Assembly: GCF_004010195.1 (NCBI RefSeq)
Contig: NC_057757.1
Location: 8,018,458-8,082,457 of the forward strand
DNA: 64,000 nucleotides
Source of the DNA: Chiloscyllium plagiosum
Lineage: Eukaryota
Reading direction: 5' to 3'
In this document: positions 1-14,000 of the stretch, piece by piece
Layout: each line of letters starts with the position of its first letter
Position numbering within the stretch: the stretch's first letter is position 1
Program-made: the position numbers and the translations under genes
The notes under the pieces: model-generated
Databases searched by the model: none
Seen by the model: only the letters and a program-made list of their open reading frames with translations
Told to the model about the DNA's origin: nothing

Positions 1-1900
1 TTTCTAGCAGTCCAATGTCTCTCTTTTTGCCTCTCTTTTGCCCTTTATATATCTGAAGAAGCTCTTACAGTCCTCCTTTACATTACTGGCTAGCTTACCC
101 TCCTATTTAATCTTCTCCCTCCTTATTTCTGTTTTTGTTACCATCTGTTAGTATTTGTAAGCTTCCCAATCCTCTGGTTTCCCACTGCCCTTCCCCACAT
201 TATGTGCTTTCTCTTTTGCTTTTATACTACCCCTGCCTTCCCCAGTCAGCCATCGCTGCCTCATCCTCCCTGTCCCATGCTTCCTTTCTCTCGGGATGAA
301 TCTCTGCTGTGTCTCCTGAATTACTCCCAGAATCCCCTGCCAATTGTTGATCCCCTACCTTTCCTGCCCGGCTCCACTCTCAGTCAATTCTCTCCAGCTC
401 TTCCCTCATGCCTCTGTAGTTGCCTGTATTCAGCTGTACTACTGTAACCTCTGATTCTATCTTCTCCCTTTCATATTGCAGAGTAAATTCTATCATAGTA
501 TGGCCACCTTAAGTTCCCTGATCAAGTCTGCATCATTGTACAACACTAAATCCAGTATTGCCTGTTCCCTAGTGGGCTCCACCACAAGCCATCTCAGAGA
601 CATTCCACAAATTCCTTTTCTTGCAATTCACTACCAACCTGATTATCCTGGTCCCCCTGCATATTGAAACTCCCCCATGATCACTGTAACCTTGCCTTTC
701 CTACTCATCCTTTCTATCTCCTAGTGTACCTAGCACCCCAGTTCATGACTACTGTTTGGAGGCCTGTACATAACTCCAGCTGTGGTTGTTTTAACCAATG
801 CGGTTCCTCAATTCACCCCATACAGATTCTATACCATCTGACCCTACGTTGTCTCTTCCTATTGGTCTAATTTCATTTCTTATTAACAAAAGTCAACCCC
901 AACTCCTTTGCAAACCTACCTGTCTTTTCAGTAGGTTGTATATCCTCGAATATTCAGCTCCTAATCCTGATCCCCTTGCAGCCACGTCTCCGCGATGCCC
1001 ACCACGTCATACCTACCTATTTCGGTCTGTGCCACAAGCTCATTTACCTTATTCCTTAAACTGCGTGTATTCAGATATAACACCTTGAGCCCTGTATTAA
1101 CCATCCCTCTTCTCGTTGTCATTCGTTTGTCCAGTGTGCTTGCAGTTTGATTGCTAACCTTGTCCATAAACCCTTCCTACGTGTGTCTGTCCTGGAGATT
1201 TTAATAACCTCTCCTGAGTTCTGAACTCTTACCTCCTCCTTTAATTCAGATTTTCTAATGTCCCCAATAACTGAACCCTCAGCCCCTCCCCATTTAGTTT
1301 AAAGCCATGTTTATTGCCCTAGTTTTGTGATTCACTCCGAGGTCCCAGCACAGTTCAGGTGAAGACCGTCCCATTGGAACAGGTTGGCTCTTTCCCAGTA
1401 CTGGTGCCAATGTCCCTTGAATTCAACCCCATTTCTCCCACACCAATCTTTGAGCCATACATTTACCTGCTTAATCTTATTGATTCTGTGCCTTGGCTCG
1501 GGTGGTAATCCAGAGACTGTTACCTTTCGTTTCTGCTTTTTTAGTGTAGCTCCTATCTGTTCATGCTCCCTGGGCAGAAACTCTGCCCCAGTTTTATTGA
1601 TGTGGTTGGTACCTACGTTGACCAGGACCACTGGATTTTTACCTTCCTAGTCCAGGTTCCTCAGCAGCCCAGATGAGAGATTCCGAATCCGAGCACCAGG
1701 CAGGCAACTCAACCTTCAGACCTCTCGGTCCTGGTCACAAGGAATAGTGTTTAAGCCTCTAACAATACTATCCCCAATTACAACAAGATTTCTCTTCTCT
1801 CCCCCCCACCTGCACCCACGGAGCTGCGGTCAGTCAGCTCATCCTCCCTGCAGGCCCCATTCCCCTCCACACAAGGACCAAGAATCCTGAACCTGTTGGA
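1..1900 (-). mobile_element. CR1 LINE, 5' portion (ORF1 SGNH esterase and ORF2 AP-endonuclease start), decayed
   Basis: ORF 1332-1631 has VGTN.I...DGLHLN; ORF 961-1167 has LYLNTRSLRNK...VGIAETWL. Confidence 0.85.
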
Positions 1901-1993
1901 TGACAGACATTTTGTTTTCACAGTTAAACAACTTGCCATCCAAGTGCTCTGTAATAATGAAGGACAAGGAATTCACTGGAATCATATATTTAC

Positions 1994-2017
1994 CATAATC
2001 CCCGTAACCACTTTTTC
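1994..2017 (-). CDS. 24-nt microexon type B, GKSGYGDY
   Basis: actaatctgtttgttccacAG|gaaaaagtggttacggggattatg|GTAAAT. Confidence 0.8.
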
Positions 2018-5000
2018 CTGTGGAACAAACAGATTAGTGTTAATCCTGACTGGTAAGGATACTTTGAAAAGCACCAACTTTAGTGCCTAATGTGTGTTAA
2101 CTTTAATGGGTAACCCTTCTTTTTTGATTCATCATTGAATTTAAAACAGCCACATTTGTTGTATTCTGTTGACCATGTAGGCGAACACACTGACATCAAA
2201 GGAATGAATGGGGAGATACCATACACTGAGAGCCCTTTATCCTAACACATTACTGTACATCCAGATCAACTCTCTGACATTGTGAGAGAATTTGACCAAA
2301 ATTGACACAAAAATGTGTGGTAGCAATTTTGTCACAAAGCTATTTTGGTCGTAAGACTTTAGCCTGCTTGCCGTAGTGCTGCTTGAGCCCTGGCTGAGAA
2401 ATTCTGTTTTGATCACCAGGCTGCCTCTGCTCCTCAGTGCCATTAGGTAGGCCTCAGGCTTCATCATAGAATCGTGTATTGTTTCTCTCTGTCCCTGATT
2501 GGCTATTCTAGCCGAGCTGAACCTGCAGCGTAAGATAACATTCAGTTTTGTAGACATTAAGAAATGTAGGTCTGAACAATGTACGGGAAAGTTACAACAG
2601 CAATTAATGGGCAGTGGGCTTGTGTTTTACTGTATAACTTGTAACATTCTGTATTTCATTGGAATCATGTTGGACTTTGCTCTGAACGAAGATGTCATTC
2701 TCCGTGGCCATGATAAAGCTAGTTAATTGCTCAAGGTCTCGTCTTCTGACTAATTTGTTTTAAACGATTTGGCGCAATATTTATTTTCCTCAACTGATAT
2801 ACATTGAGTCTCTGTAAATCAGGATTGGCTGGCAATGGTGAAGCTGAGATCTGATTAATCTGAATTTCCTCTCTTGTAAATTAGTTTAACATTGTCCCAA
2901 AGCATATTCCTAATCTCTAACGAATGGATTTGAACCTCATGGTGTGAACAAGTCTTTCTTTAGTTTTTCATCCTCTGTTTTGTTCCAACTGTCTGGGGTC
3001 TGAGATGTTGGATGTGGAGGCTGGTGTGGTGGTAAGTGAGGAAAGGGGGCACCCTCTCATTGCTGAGGGAGGGAAGGGAAGGGGTGAGGGTGGAACTGCA
3101 GGAGATGGATTGAACGTGGCTGAGGGCCCTGTCACCACGTAACATGGGGCTGAGGAGAAAGGTGGACCTTTCTCAGGCTCCTTTATGGAAAGTAGAATAT
3201 ATGTGATGGAGATGGAGAATGGGTTGGGAGAAAGGGATGGATTCCTTCCAGGAAGCAGGGTGTGTGAGTGTATAATCTCTCTCTGTACAGATTGTGGGAG
3301 TTGCTGAGTTTTTCGCACACTGGCCTGTCTCCAGAATTGAAAATACAGACATGAAGGTATAACGCCTCTATGGACAATATACAATATTCCTAACTTGCAG
3401 CGTTGTCAAAGATCAGAAAAGCTCAGAGGTCTTCGCGTAGACTATTTTTAGGTATTTTCAAACCAGACTTTGAGAGATTTTACACCACCGCTCTGCAGCA
3501 GGTGGGAGTAATCCTGGATCTCCGGGCTTAGAGGTCAGGACACTACCTCTGCTGCGCAAGAGCCCTCAGGATTGGAGTTAATGGTGTACAAATGTCCCCT
3601 CGCACCAACTGTGCTTCAGCTGTCAACTATCTTGTGCACAGTGTGGTCCCCTTAGTTGAGGAAAGATGTAATAACATTAGAGGCAATTCAGAGGAGGCTC
3701 ACGAGATTGATGCCAGAGATGAGGCGTTTGTCGTAGGAAGGGAGATTGAACAGTTTAGGCCGATACTCTCTGGAATTTAGAAGAATGAAGGGAGATCAAA
3801 TGGATGTATTCAAGATGATCAAAGGTGTGGATAACATCGACGTAGAGTGGATGCTTCCTCTTTTGGGGCATTCTGGGACGAGACGTCACAGTCTTTAGAT
3901 AACGGGGAGCAACTTTACAACAGAGTTGAGGAGAAACTACTCCTCCCAAAGGGTTGTGAATCTGTGGAATGTGTTACCCCAGAGTGGGGTGGATGCTGGG
4001 ACAGAGAGTAAATTTAAGGAGGAGTTGGACAGATTTCTAACTGGTCATGGATTGAATCATTAAGGGGCGAGAGGGCAGGATACTGGGGGTGAGGAGCACA
4101 TCGGTCATGATCGAGTGGTGGAGCAGACCCGATGGGCCGAATGATCTAAATCCCCTTCTCCATCTTGTGAATGTATGACCTACCGTTCACATGTGATCAA
4201 CCATCTCACTATAGGAGACTCCACTCAGCCTGCTCCCTCATTTACTCCACATTAACACAGGGACCTCAACATATTAATACTTTCCTAACAGACCCAAACT
4301 ACCATATTTGGTAAACACTGCCAACACGTTTTAATGCCTTGCCATCCTTACTCCTTTAGTGACAAAAATTACTTCAGTTCAGGGCCAAATTAAAAAAAAT
4401 TATAAATATTTATGTCACAATCCTGGCCATTGATTTCTGAAGCCTATGACCACGTACACATTTCACAAAATTAATTCCATGACTTGGCCCATGTGCTTTC
4501 AGTGTCTTGTTCAGAGCACCCAATTCCGAGGGAATTGAGATTATATATTTACCGTGGTGGTGACCATGATCGTAAGGTCCTGTGGAACAAAGAGATTTGA
4601 GCCAGTGTGTCTGGAGGCAATGGTTCCACATGTACAACATACAGTATTCCCAACTTACAGCATTGTCAATGATCAGAAAAGCTTCACGTAAAGGCTGTGC
4701 TGATCAGCAGGAGCTGTTACCTTCAGGTTGGAGGGTGAGATTATCTTCAATGTTTGGGGACATACTGAAAGGTCTACCCTGATCTAACTCTCTCTATTGT
4801 GTTCCAGCTTCTCTATTGAACTGAAAACCCTCAGCCTGTGGACAACATTCCAAATCTTTTGAACCTGCCAATGTGTGACTGTTCCAAACGGACAGATTAC
4901 CTCAGCTCTGGTCAAATAACTGACAGGTCCATGTCTCTGAGATCACCCTAGCTATTACACTGGCCTGCTAGCTTTTGAAAAGCTTTGGGATGATGGAGAT

Positions 5001-8000
5001 TTTGTTTTCACAGTTAAACAGCTTGCCAGCCAAGTGCTCTGTAATAACGAAGGATAAGGAATTCACTGGAATCAAATATTTACCATAATCCCCGTAACCA
5101 CCTTTTCCTGTGGAGCAAACAGATTGGTGTTAGCCCTGGCCGGTAAGGATACTTTGGAAAGCAGCATTTTAAATGTCTAACGTGTGTTCACTGTAACATG
5201 CAACCCTTCATTTCCAAATGATTCATCATAGACTTTAAAACAGCTATGTTGGTTGTAAAGCTATTGAACACATAGCCGAACACACTGACACCAAAGGAAT
5301 GGGGAGATACCATACACTGAGGCCTCCTAATCCTGACACATTATATCCAGATCAGCTCTGTGATATACGCTGAGTCTCTGTAAGTCAGGTTTGGCTGGCA
5401 AGGGTGAATCTGAGATATAATTATTCTGAATTTCCTCTCTTGTCAATTAGTTTAACATTGTCCCAAAACATATTCCTAATCTATAACGAATGGATTTGAA
5501 CCTCATTGGGGGGAACAAGTCTTTCTTTTGTTTTACATTCTCTGTTTTGCTACAACTGTCTGGGGTCTGAGATGTTGGATGTGGAGGCTGGTGTGGTGGT
5601 AAGTGAGGAAAGGGGGCATCCTCTCATTGCTGAGGGAGGGAAGGGAAGGGGTGAGGGTGGAAGTGCGGGAGCTGGATTGAACGTGGCTGAGGGCCTTGTT
5701 CACCACGGTAACATGGGGCTGTGGGCTGAGGAGAAAGGTGGACCTTTCTCAGGCTTTTTTGTGGAAGGTGGCATCGTCAGAACAGATGTGATGGAGATGG
5801 AGAATGGGATGGAATCTTGACAGGAATCAGGGTGTGAGAGTGTATAATATCTCTCCGTGCAGACTGTGGGAGTTGCTGAGTTTATAGCGTCTAGGTTAGA
5901 GTGGTGCTGGAAAAGCACAGCATCCGAGGAGCAGGAGAATTGATGTTTCCGGCAAAAGCCCTTCATCAGGAATGAGGGATGAAAGGCTTTTGCCAGAAAC
6001 GTCGATTTTCCTGCTCCTTGGATGCTGCATGACCTGCTGTGCTTTTCCAGCACCACTCTAATCTAGACTCTGATCTCCAGCATCTGCAGTCCTCACTTTC
6101 ACCTAAATTTATCGCCTTTCCTCAGAAATGGAAATACAGACATGGAAATGCAATGGTTCCATGGACAATATACAATATTTCTAACTTGCAACATTATCAA
6201 TGATCAGAAAGGTTCAGAGGGCTTCATGTAGATTACTTTGTAGACTTTTTCAAACCAGACTGTTCAGAGATGTGATGACTCTGGAGCAGATGGGAGTAAT
6301 CCTGGATCTCCAGGCCTAGAGGTCAGGACACTACCACTGCTGCACAAGAGCCCTCGGGATTGGAGTTAATGCTGTACAAATGTCCCCTTGTACCAACTGC
6401 CCTTCAGCTGTCAGCTACCTTTTACATGTGACCAACCATCTCCCTAAAGGAGACTTAACTCATATCTGCTCCCTCAGCTACTCCACATTAACACGGGGAC
6501 CTCGAAATATTCATACTTTCCTTACAGACCCAAACTACCATATTTGGTAAATTCTGCCAACACTTTTTAATGCCTTGCCATCCTTACTCCTTCAGTGAGA
6601 AAGATTACTTCAGTTCAGGGCCAAATTAATAAATTATAAATATTTATGTCATTGAAAAGGCAGCACCGATTTCTAAAGCCTGTGACCGCGTACACATTTC
6701 ACAAAAACACTTGTCTGCCATGTCCTTTGTGTTATCAGGTGTCTTATTTGCAACAAACAATAACAAGGTAATTGAGATGATATATTTACCATGTTTGTGG
6801 CCATGATCGTAAGGTCATGTGCAACAAAGGGATTTGTGTTAGCGTGTCTGGAGACATGTACAATATACAATATTCCCAACTCGCAGCATTGTCAATGATC
6901 AGAAAAGCTCAGAGCGCTTCAAGTAAAGGCTCTGAGCTGATCAGCAGGAGCTGTTACCATCAGGTTGGAAGGTGAGACTTTCTTTGCTGTTCAGGGGTGA
7001 GATACTGAACGGTATAACTCTCTGCTTCCCCCAAGCAGAAAATGGGATGTTGTTTTTTGTTGGAGCTTGGGCTGAGACTCGCTGGAAGACTGCAGGAAGC
7101 CTGTGACAGGAGGGTTAACCAGGAAACACGGTGGGAGGCAACTTGAAGCTTGGGCCCTTCCTTTGTGGGCAGAGCATAAGTGTTTGGCAAAATGGTACAT
7201 TTCATCTCCCCAAGGCAGAGCAAATAGAGTGAACTGCATATCGTAACCATAGAAACCACAGAAATGAGATAGCACAGAAGCGGGCCATTTGGAACATGGT
7301 CTCCACGCCCACTCAAAGACACCCAGATTTCCTTTCTGATCCCATTTTCCTGCACACCACCCATAGCCCTGCAGCTTACAGCACTGAAGGTACAGATCGC
7401 TGTTCTTTTTGACGAGTTTCGGGTCTCTGCCCCCACCACCCTTTGCGTAAAAAAACAGATTTCCCATTGTCGCCCCCCCCGAACCCTTCTGCCGCTCAGT
7501 TTGAATCGATGACCCTTGGCTTCTGTGCCAAGCGAAAAAGGCTCCTCCTGTCTCCACTTTCTCCACCCCTCGCACTTTACGTGCACAGGTATCTCAGTTA
7601 CGTCGCCCCCTCAACCTTCTCTGTAGCAAGGAAAACAACTCCAACCTCTCTAACCTCCCCTCCTAGCAACAATTCTCCAACCCTGGCAACATTCTAGGTA
7701 AAAACAATGACTGCAGATGCTGGAAACCAGAATCTACATTAGAGTAGTGCTGGAAAAGCACAGCAGTTCAGGCAGCATCCGAGGAGCAGTAAAATCGACA
7801 TTTGAGGGAAAAGCCCTTCATCAGGAATACAGGCTTAAGCCTGCCCCGCACTCTCTCCAGAGCAATTACGTCACTCCTGTAATGTGGTGAACAGAACTGC
7901 ACATAATACTCTAGGTGTGGCCAGCTTAGTGTCGTATACAGTGTCATTATTATGTCCCTACTTCTGCATTCTATGCCTCCACCGATGAAGATGTCCTCTT

Positions 8001-11000
8001 TACAACCTTATCTACCTTGTTACACCACGGGATAAACCCTCCTGCTTAATTTAAAACTAGCAAAGATTTATCCCGTGCAGTAATCTGTAAAATTCCGAGT
8101 GGCCAAGAACTATGCAAAGTAAAAATTAACAAGTTGATTTCTTAAAATAAAACAGAGAATAATTAACAAATCACTATTTACAATTTTTTTCTCTAACCTA
8201 TCTGTTACCTTCCCTTCTATAATACTAGTCTGATAAAACTCCCAATTAGGGTTCACAAAACAACACTTCCTATCTCAAAACCACGCAGCTGTAGGTTCTT
8301 GCCTTCAGAATGGGTGGCATGGTGGCTCAGTGGTTAGCACTACCGCCTTACAGTACCATGATCCCAGATTCGATTCTAGCCTTGGGTGACTGTCTGTGTG
8401 GAGTTTGCACATTCTCCCCGTGTCTGCGTGGATGTGCTCCGGTTTCCTCCCACAGTCCAAAGATGTGCAGGTTAGGTGAATCGGCCATAGTAAATTGCCC
8501 ATAGCGTTAGGCACATTAGTCAGAGGGAAATGGGACTGGTTGGGTTACTCTTTGGAGGGTTGGTGTGGACTTGTTAGGCCGAAGGGCCTGTTTCCACACT
8601 GTAGGGAGTCTAATCTAATCTTACTGTGTCATCTTTTCTCCTTGTTAGGAATTTCTGTGTCACAGGTCACTGATCGAAAAGAGTTTTAAGAGAGATATTT
8701 TTTCAAGCAGTCTGTTTACATGCGGGACTATGGCAGTTCTCCTCTCAACTGTTCAAGTTTCACTGGTCTTAGAGCTCCAGAGAATCGGATTGTGTCATTG
8801 GCTTTTAAGATTGTCAATATACTCAGTTCAAACTTGACTGGAATTTGATATGTTTGGGTACTGATTGGTTGAATTCAAATTTGTTTTTGTCTCCAAGCAA
8901 TGCACTAATCGATTGGTTCGACCCCGTGTTACATTGTTACCATTATTACTGAGTACACTTGGCGCTGTGTCCAGTAGTTCACCTTCTTTTAACTCTCTTA
9001 AAGGTATACCCACATCTTTGTAATAACCTGTACTGCTCCCTTTAGGAATCTGTGCACACCGAGATCTCCCACTCCATTTCCCTCTCACAGTATATTCCCA
9101 TTTTCTGAATATTCCCTTTCCCTCTCGACTTTCCTAACTGCATTACCTCACACCTATCAGAGTTGAACTCCATCTGCCACTTGCCTGTCCATGCCACCAA
9201 GCCATCTACGCATTGTGTAGCTCATAGCTATCCTCTACCCTATCCATTGCATGGCTAATTTCTTGTGTGATCTGCAATTTTCCCATTTGTATTCAAGTCC
9301 AAATCGTTAATTTATGAAACAAACAGCAGGAGGCCCAATTCTGAGCACTGCAGGACACCACGAGAAACAGCTTTCCATTGGCAAGGGTAGCCATCAACGC
9401 TTCGTTTCCCGTTACTAAGCCAATGTTGTATCCAATTCAACACATTACCCGACATCACATGGGCTTTTACCTTGTTTGACCAGTCTGCCATGTGGGACCT
9501 TATCAAATGACTGGGGTTTGGATGGTGAGTAGGGAGAAGGTGATGACAGGGAAAGCTGCCGGGGGAGATGGGATGTTGGGAGTGAAGGAGGAGCATTCCT
9601 GAGTGCCCCGGAGGGAACAGTCCTTGCGGAAGGCTGACGGGGAGGGGAGGAGCTTATGTGTCTGGTCATGGAATCCCACTGGAGGTGATGGGATGTGTCG
9701 GAAATAATGGCTTACAATCCTTTGGATGTGGAGGCTAGTGTGGTGGTCAGTGAGGGAAGGGACCACCCTCTCATTGCTGAGGGAGGGCAGGGAAGGGGTG
9801 AGGGTGGAAGTGCGGGAGGTGGATTGAACGTGGCTGAGGGCCCTGTCATCACGGTAGCATGGGACTATGGCTGAGGAGGAAGGTGGACCTTTCTCAGGCT
9901 CCTTTACAGAAGGTGGAACAGATGTGATGGAGACGGAGAATGGGATGGAATCGTTACAGGAAGCAGAATGTGAGGGTGCAAAATCGCTCTCTGTACAGAC
10001 TGTGGGAGTCGCTGAGTTTATAATGTGCAAGCAAATGAGTACAAAGTAATTGAAGTGATATATTTTTCGTGGTGGTAGCCATAATCATAAGGTCCTGTGG
10101 AGCAACGAGATTTGCGTTAGTGTGTCTGGAGGCAATGATTCCATATTTCGAACTTGCAGCCTTTGGAATGACAAATATTTTGTTTTCACTGTTAAACAAC
10201 TTGCCAAGTGTATCTGAGAAATGAAGGATACAAAATTCACTGGAATGATATATTTACCATAATCCCCGTAACTGCCTTTTCTTGTGGAGCAAACAGATTG
10301 GTGTTAACTCTGGCCGGTAAGGATGCTTTGGAAAGCGACATTTTAAATGGCAAAGGTGTGTTAACTGTAACAGGTAACCCTTCATTTCCTAATGATTCAG
10401 CACAGACTTTAAAACAGCCACATTGGTTGTAGATCTGTTGAACATTTGGGCAAACACACTGACACCAAATGAATGTAGAGATACCATGCACTGAGGCCTC
10501 TTTATCCTGCCACATTATACCCAGATCAGCTCGGTGATATGCATTCAGCCTCTGTAAATCAGGATTGGCTGGCAAGGGTGAATCTTATCAATCTAAATTT
10601 CTTCTCTTGTAAATTAGTTTAATGCAGTCCCAAAACATGGCCCTAATCTCTAACGAATGGATTTGAACCTCATGGTGTGAACAAGTCTTTTTTTTGTTTT
10701 ACATCCTCTGGTTTGATATAACTGTCTGGGGCTGTCGTTTTCAGCTCACTTCTGTCTTATTGCTTGTTCATAAATCAGCACGTTGCAAAACGTTCCACCA
10801 ACTGTACAGAGTTTGCGAAAGTACTGTATCCTGTGACTTCAGAAGCTTGTATCTGCTGTTCTGAATGACATTAGAGTGAGATTTTTCCTCTTTGCTGATG
10901 TGGAGGAGACCACATTGTGAACAGTAAATATTCTGGTCACAATTCTTGCCTTTGAAAGCTCAGTATCACTTTCTGAAGCCTATGACCATGTACACATCTC

Positions 11001-14000
11001 ACAAAAACGCTTGGACAACTTGTCCTGTGTGTTATCGGTGTCTCCTTCGCAACCAACGATAACACAGTAATTGAAGTGATAAACTTACCGTGATGGTAGC
11101 CATAATCATAAGGTCCTGTGGAGCCAAGAGTTTTGTGTTAGTGTGTCTGGAGGCAATGATCCATGTACAATATTTAACATTCCAAACCTGCAGAATCGTC
11201 AATGGTCAGAAAAGCTCAGGGCTCTTCACCAGAACAGTCTGTGCTGATCAGCAGGAGGGTTGGAGGGTGAGATTTTCCTTAATGTTCAGCGGAGGACACT
11301 GAACGGTCTACCTGGCATTCTATTGTCTGCCATTTGTTCTGTTCAGAACATATTCAACTGGATTGTTGCAATATCCTAACCGTTTCCCTTCACTGTGTCA
11401 TGTGAGGACATGAAAGTTGTACATTCCCCTTCAGAAACAAGCAAATATGGCCAAAGGTTGGAAAAGTGAGCAGGTGTGAAAGCCCCAACATAATCTGCAG
11501 CCACGTGGCTCAACATATCACCCATGCTACCATTACCATCCAGCCAGGGGATCAACCCTGGATCAATGAAGGGCATACCAGGAGCAGTACCAGGCATACT
11601 GAAAAATAAGGTGTCAAACTCGGTGAAGCCACCAAACAGGATGACTTGCATGCTAAAGAGCACAGGCAGCAAGTGATAGACAGAGGTAAGTGATCCCACA
11701 ACCATCAGATCAAATCTAAGCTCAGCAGTCCTGAATGGTGACGGACGATTCAACAACTCATTGGAGGAGGAAGCTCCACAAATATCCCAATCCTCAATGA
11801 TGGAAGAGCCCAGCGCATCAGAGGAAAGGATAAAGCTGAAGCTTTCACAGCCATCTTCAGCCTGAAGTGCTGAGTGGATGATCCATCTCGGCCTCCTCCA
11901 GTGGTCCCCAGCATCAGGCTGGATAGTAATGGTGGAATGGGTGATATGTTGAGCCAAGTGACCTTCAGCCAATTCAATTCACTCCTCTGGATGCTGCAAA
12001 GGCTACTGGCTCTGAGGACCTTCCAGCAATAGACTGGTGCTCCAGAAGTTGCTGTTCCCCTAGCCAAAGCTGTCTCAGTATGGTTGCTACACTGACCTGA
12101 GCTCTCCCATGTCTTTACCCCAACCCAGCAGGGACCCTACACAGCTGTGTGTACCAGCAGGGACCCTGCACAGGTGTGTGTCCCTGTAGTGACCCTGCTC
12201 AGCTGTGTGACCCAGCAGGGTCCCTGATGGGACACACAGCTGTGCAGGGTCCCTGCTGAGACATACTGTGCAGGGTCCCTGCTGGGACAGACAGCTGTGC
12301 AGGGTCCCTGCTGTGACACACAGCTGTGCAAGGTACCTGCAGGGACACACTGTGCAGGTCCCTGCTGGTACACACAGATTTGCAGGGTCCCTGCTGGGAC
12401 ACACAGCTGTGCAGAGTCCCTACTGGGACACACAGCTGTGCAGAGTCCCTGCTGGGACACACAGCTGAGCAGGGTCACTACAGGGACACACACCTGTGAA
12501 GGGTCCCTGCTGGTACACACGGCTGTGTAGGGTCCCTGCTGGGTCACACAGCTGTGCAGGGTCCCTACTTGGACACACAGCTGTGCAAGGTCCCTGCTGG
12601 GACACACAGCTGTGCAGGGTCCCTGCTGGGACACACAGCCGTGAAGGTTCAGTACTGATTTGTTTCACCTCCCACATTTCATCTGCCTTCTTTCTCTGCC
12701 TCCTGTTTATTCTCCAAATGTGGCCTGACTAATGATTTGCAGAGGTGTACCATCGGCCCTTTCATTAACACTCTATGCCTTTATTTATAAACCCCATACA
12801 ACAATACAACAGCTTATAAAACAGTCATTACTGCTCCAAAACTGCAAGGAAATCAGCTCCAACACTTGAAAATATCACAAAAAAGAAGGAGCTCTTAAAG
12901 TCACAATTTTTCCCGAACTCCATCTTGGATTACCCAGAATCCTTTCCAGAATCTACGAGTGACATTAAGAGAAACATCTTCACTCAGAGAGTTGTTTGGA
13001 TTTGGAATGTGCTTCCCGGGAGAATGGTGGAGGAGGATTCCATAGGAGGTTTCAAAAGAGATCCAGATAAATGTTTGAGAGACACAAAATTAGAAGGTTG
13101 TGGAGGTGAGACTGGGGAATGGGTCTAGCTGGATATCACTCTCAGGAGCCAGTATAGACACAATATATCGAATGGCCTCCTTCCGTCCACTAAAATTCTA
13201 GAACCCTCTGATTCTATGCCCACTGTTCTCTGTCCTACTTTCTGAGGCTGATGAAATGAGAGACATTTTGACATCACTGTTAAACAACTTGCCATTCAAC
13301 TGGGCTAAAGAAGTGAATGACAGGAAATTCACTGGAATCGTGTGCTTACCATGATATCCATAACTGCCTTTTCCTGTGGAGCAAACAGATTAGTTTTTAC
13401 CCTGACCGGTAAGGACGCTTTGGAGAGCAGCATTTTAAATGGCTGTCAGAGAAACATGGAGTCATCGAGATCAGGTGTACCCCAGAACTCTGTGGGAACC
13501 TCAGGAAGTGATTGCTGGGCCCCTTGCTGAGATATTTGCATTATTGATAGCCACGAGTGAGTTCCAAGAAGACCTGCCTAGGGTATGGTTGGGATATCCA
13601 AAACTAGAGGGCGTAGGTTTAGGGTGAGAGGGAAAAGATTTAAAAGGGACCTAAGGGGTAACTTTTTCACACAGAGGTGGTACGTGTATGGAATGAGCTG
13701 CCAGAGGAAGTGGTGGAGGCTGGTACAATTACAACATTTAAAAGGCATCTGGATGGGTGTATGAATAGGAAGGGTTTGGAGGGATAATGGCCAATGGGTC
13801 GAGATTAGTTTAGGATATCTGGTCGGCATGGACGGGTTGGACCGAGGGATCTGTACATCTCTATGACTTTATGAATATACCTATAGCTCAGGAACAGGCC
13901 CTTCAGCCATTGAGTCTGTGTTGTTCAAAACCAAGCAGTGAACTACTCTCATTCTACTTTCTAGTACTTGGCCTACAGCCTGGTCTACTTCTGCACTGCA

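Larger units (their letters stand above)
1905..4780. repeat. Tandem cassette duplicate of ~4995-6960 (B exon + Penelope fragment + A exon)
   Basis: Colinear homology apart from later TE insertions. Confidence 0.9.
7245..9510 (-). mobile_element. Old CR1 fragment interrupted by a Penelope terminal fragment (~7697-7830) and a solo LTR
   Basis: Motifs FDKVPHGRL and FFTQRVVG; the CR1 sequence resumes after 9029. Confidence 0.75.

Noticed and set aside
8310..8390. tRNA-like A/B boxes
   Set aside because: These are heads of tRNA-derived SINEs, not tRNA genes.
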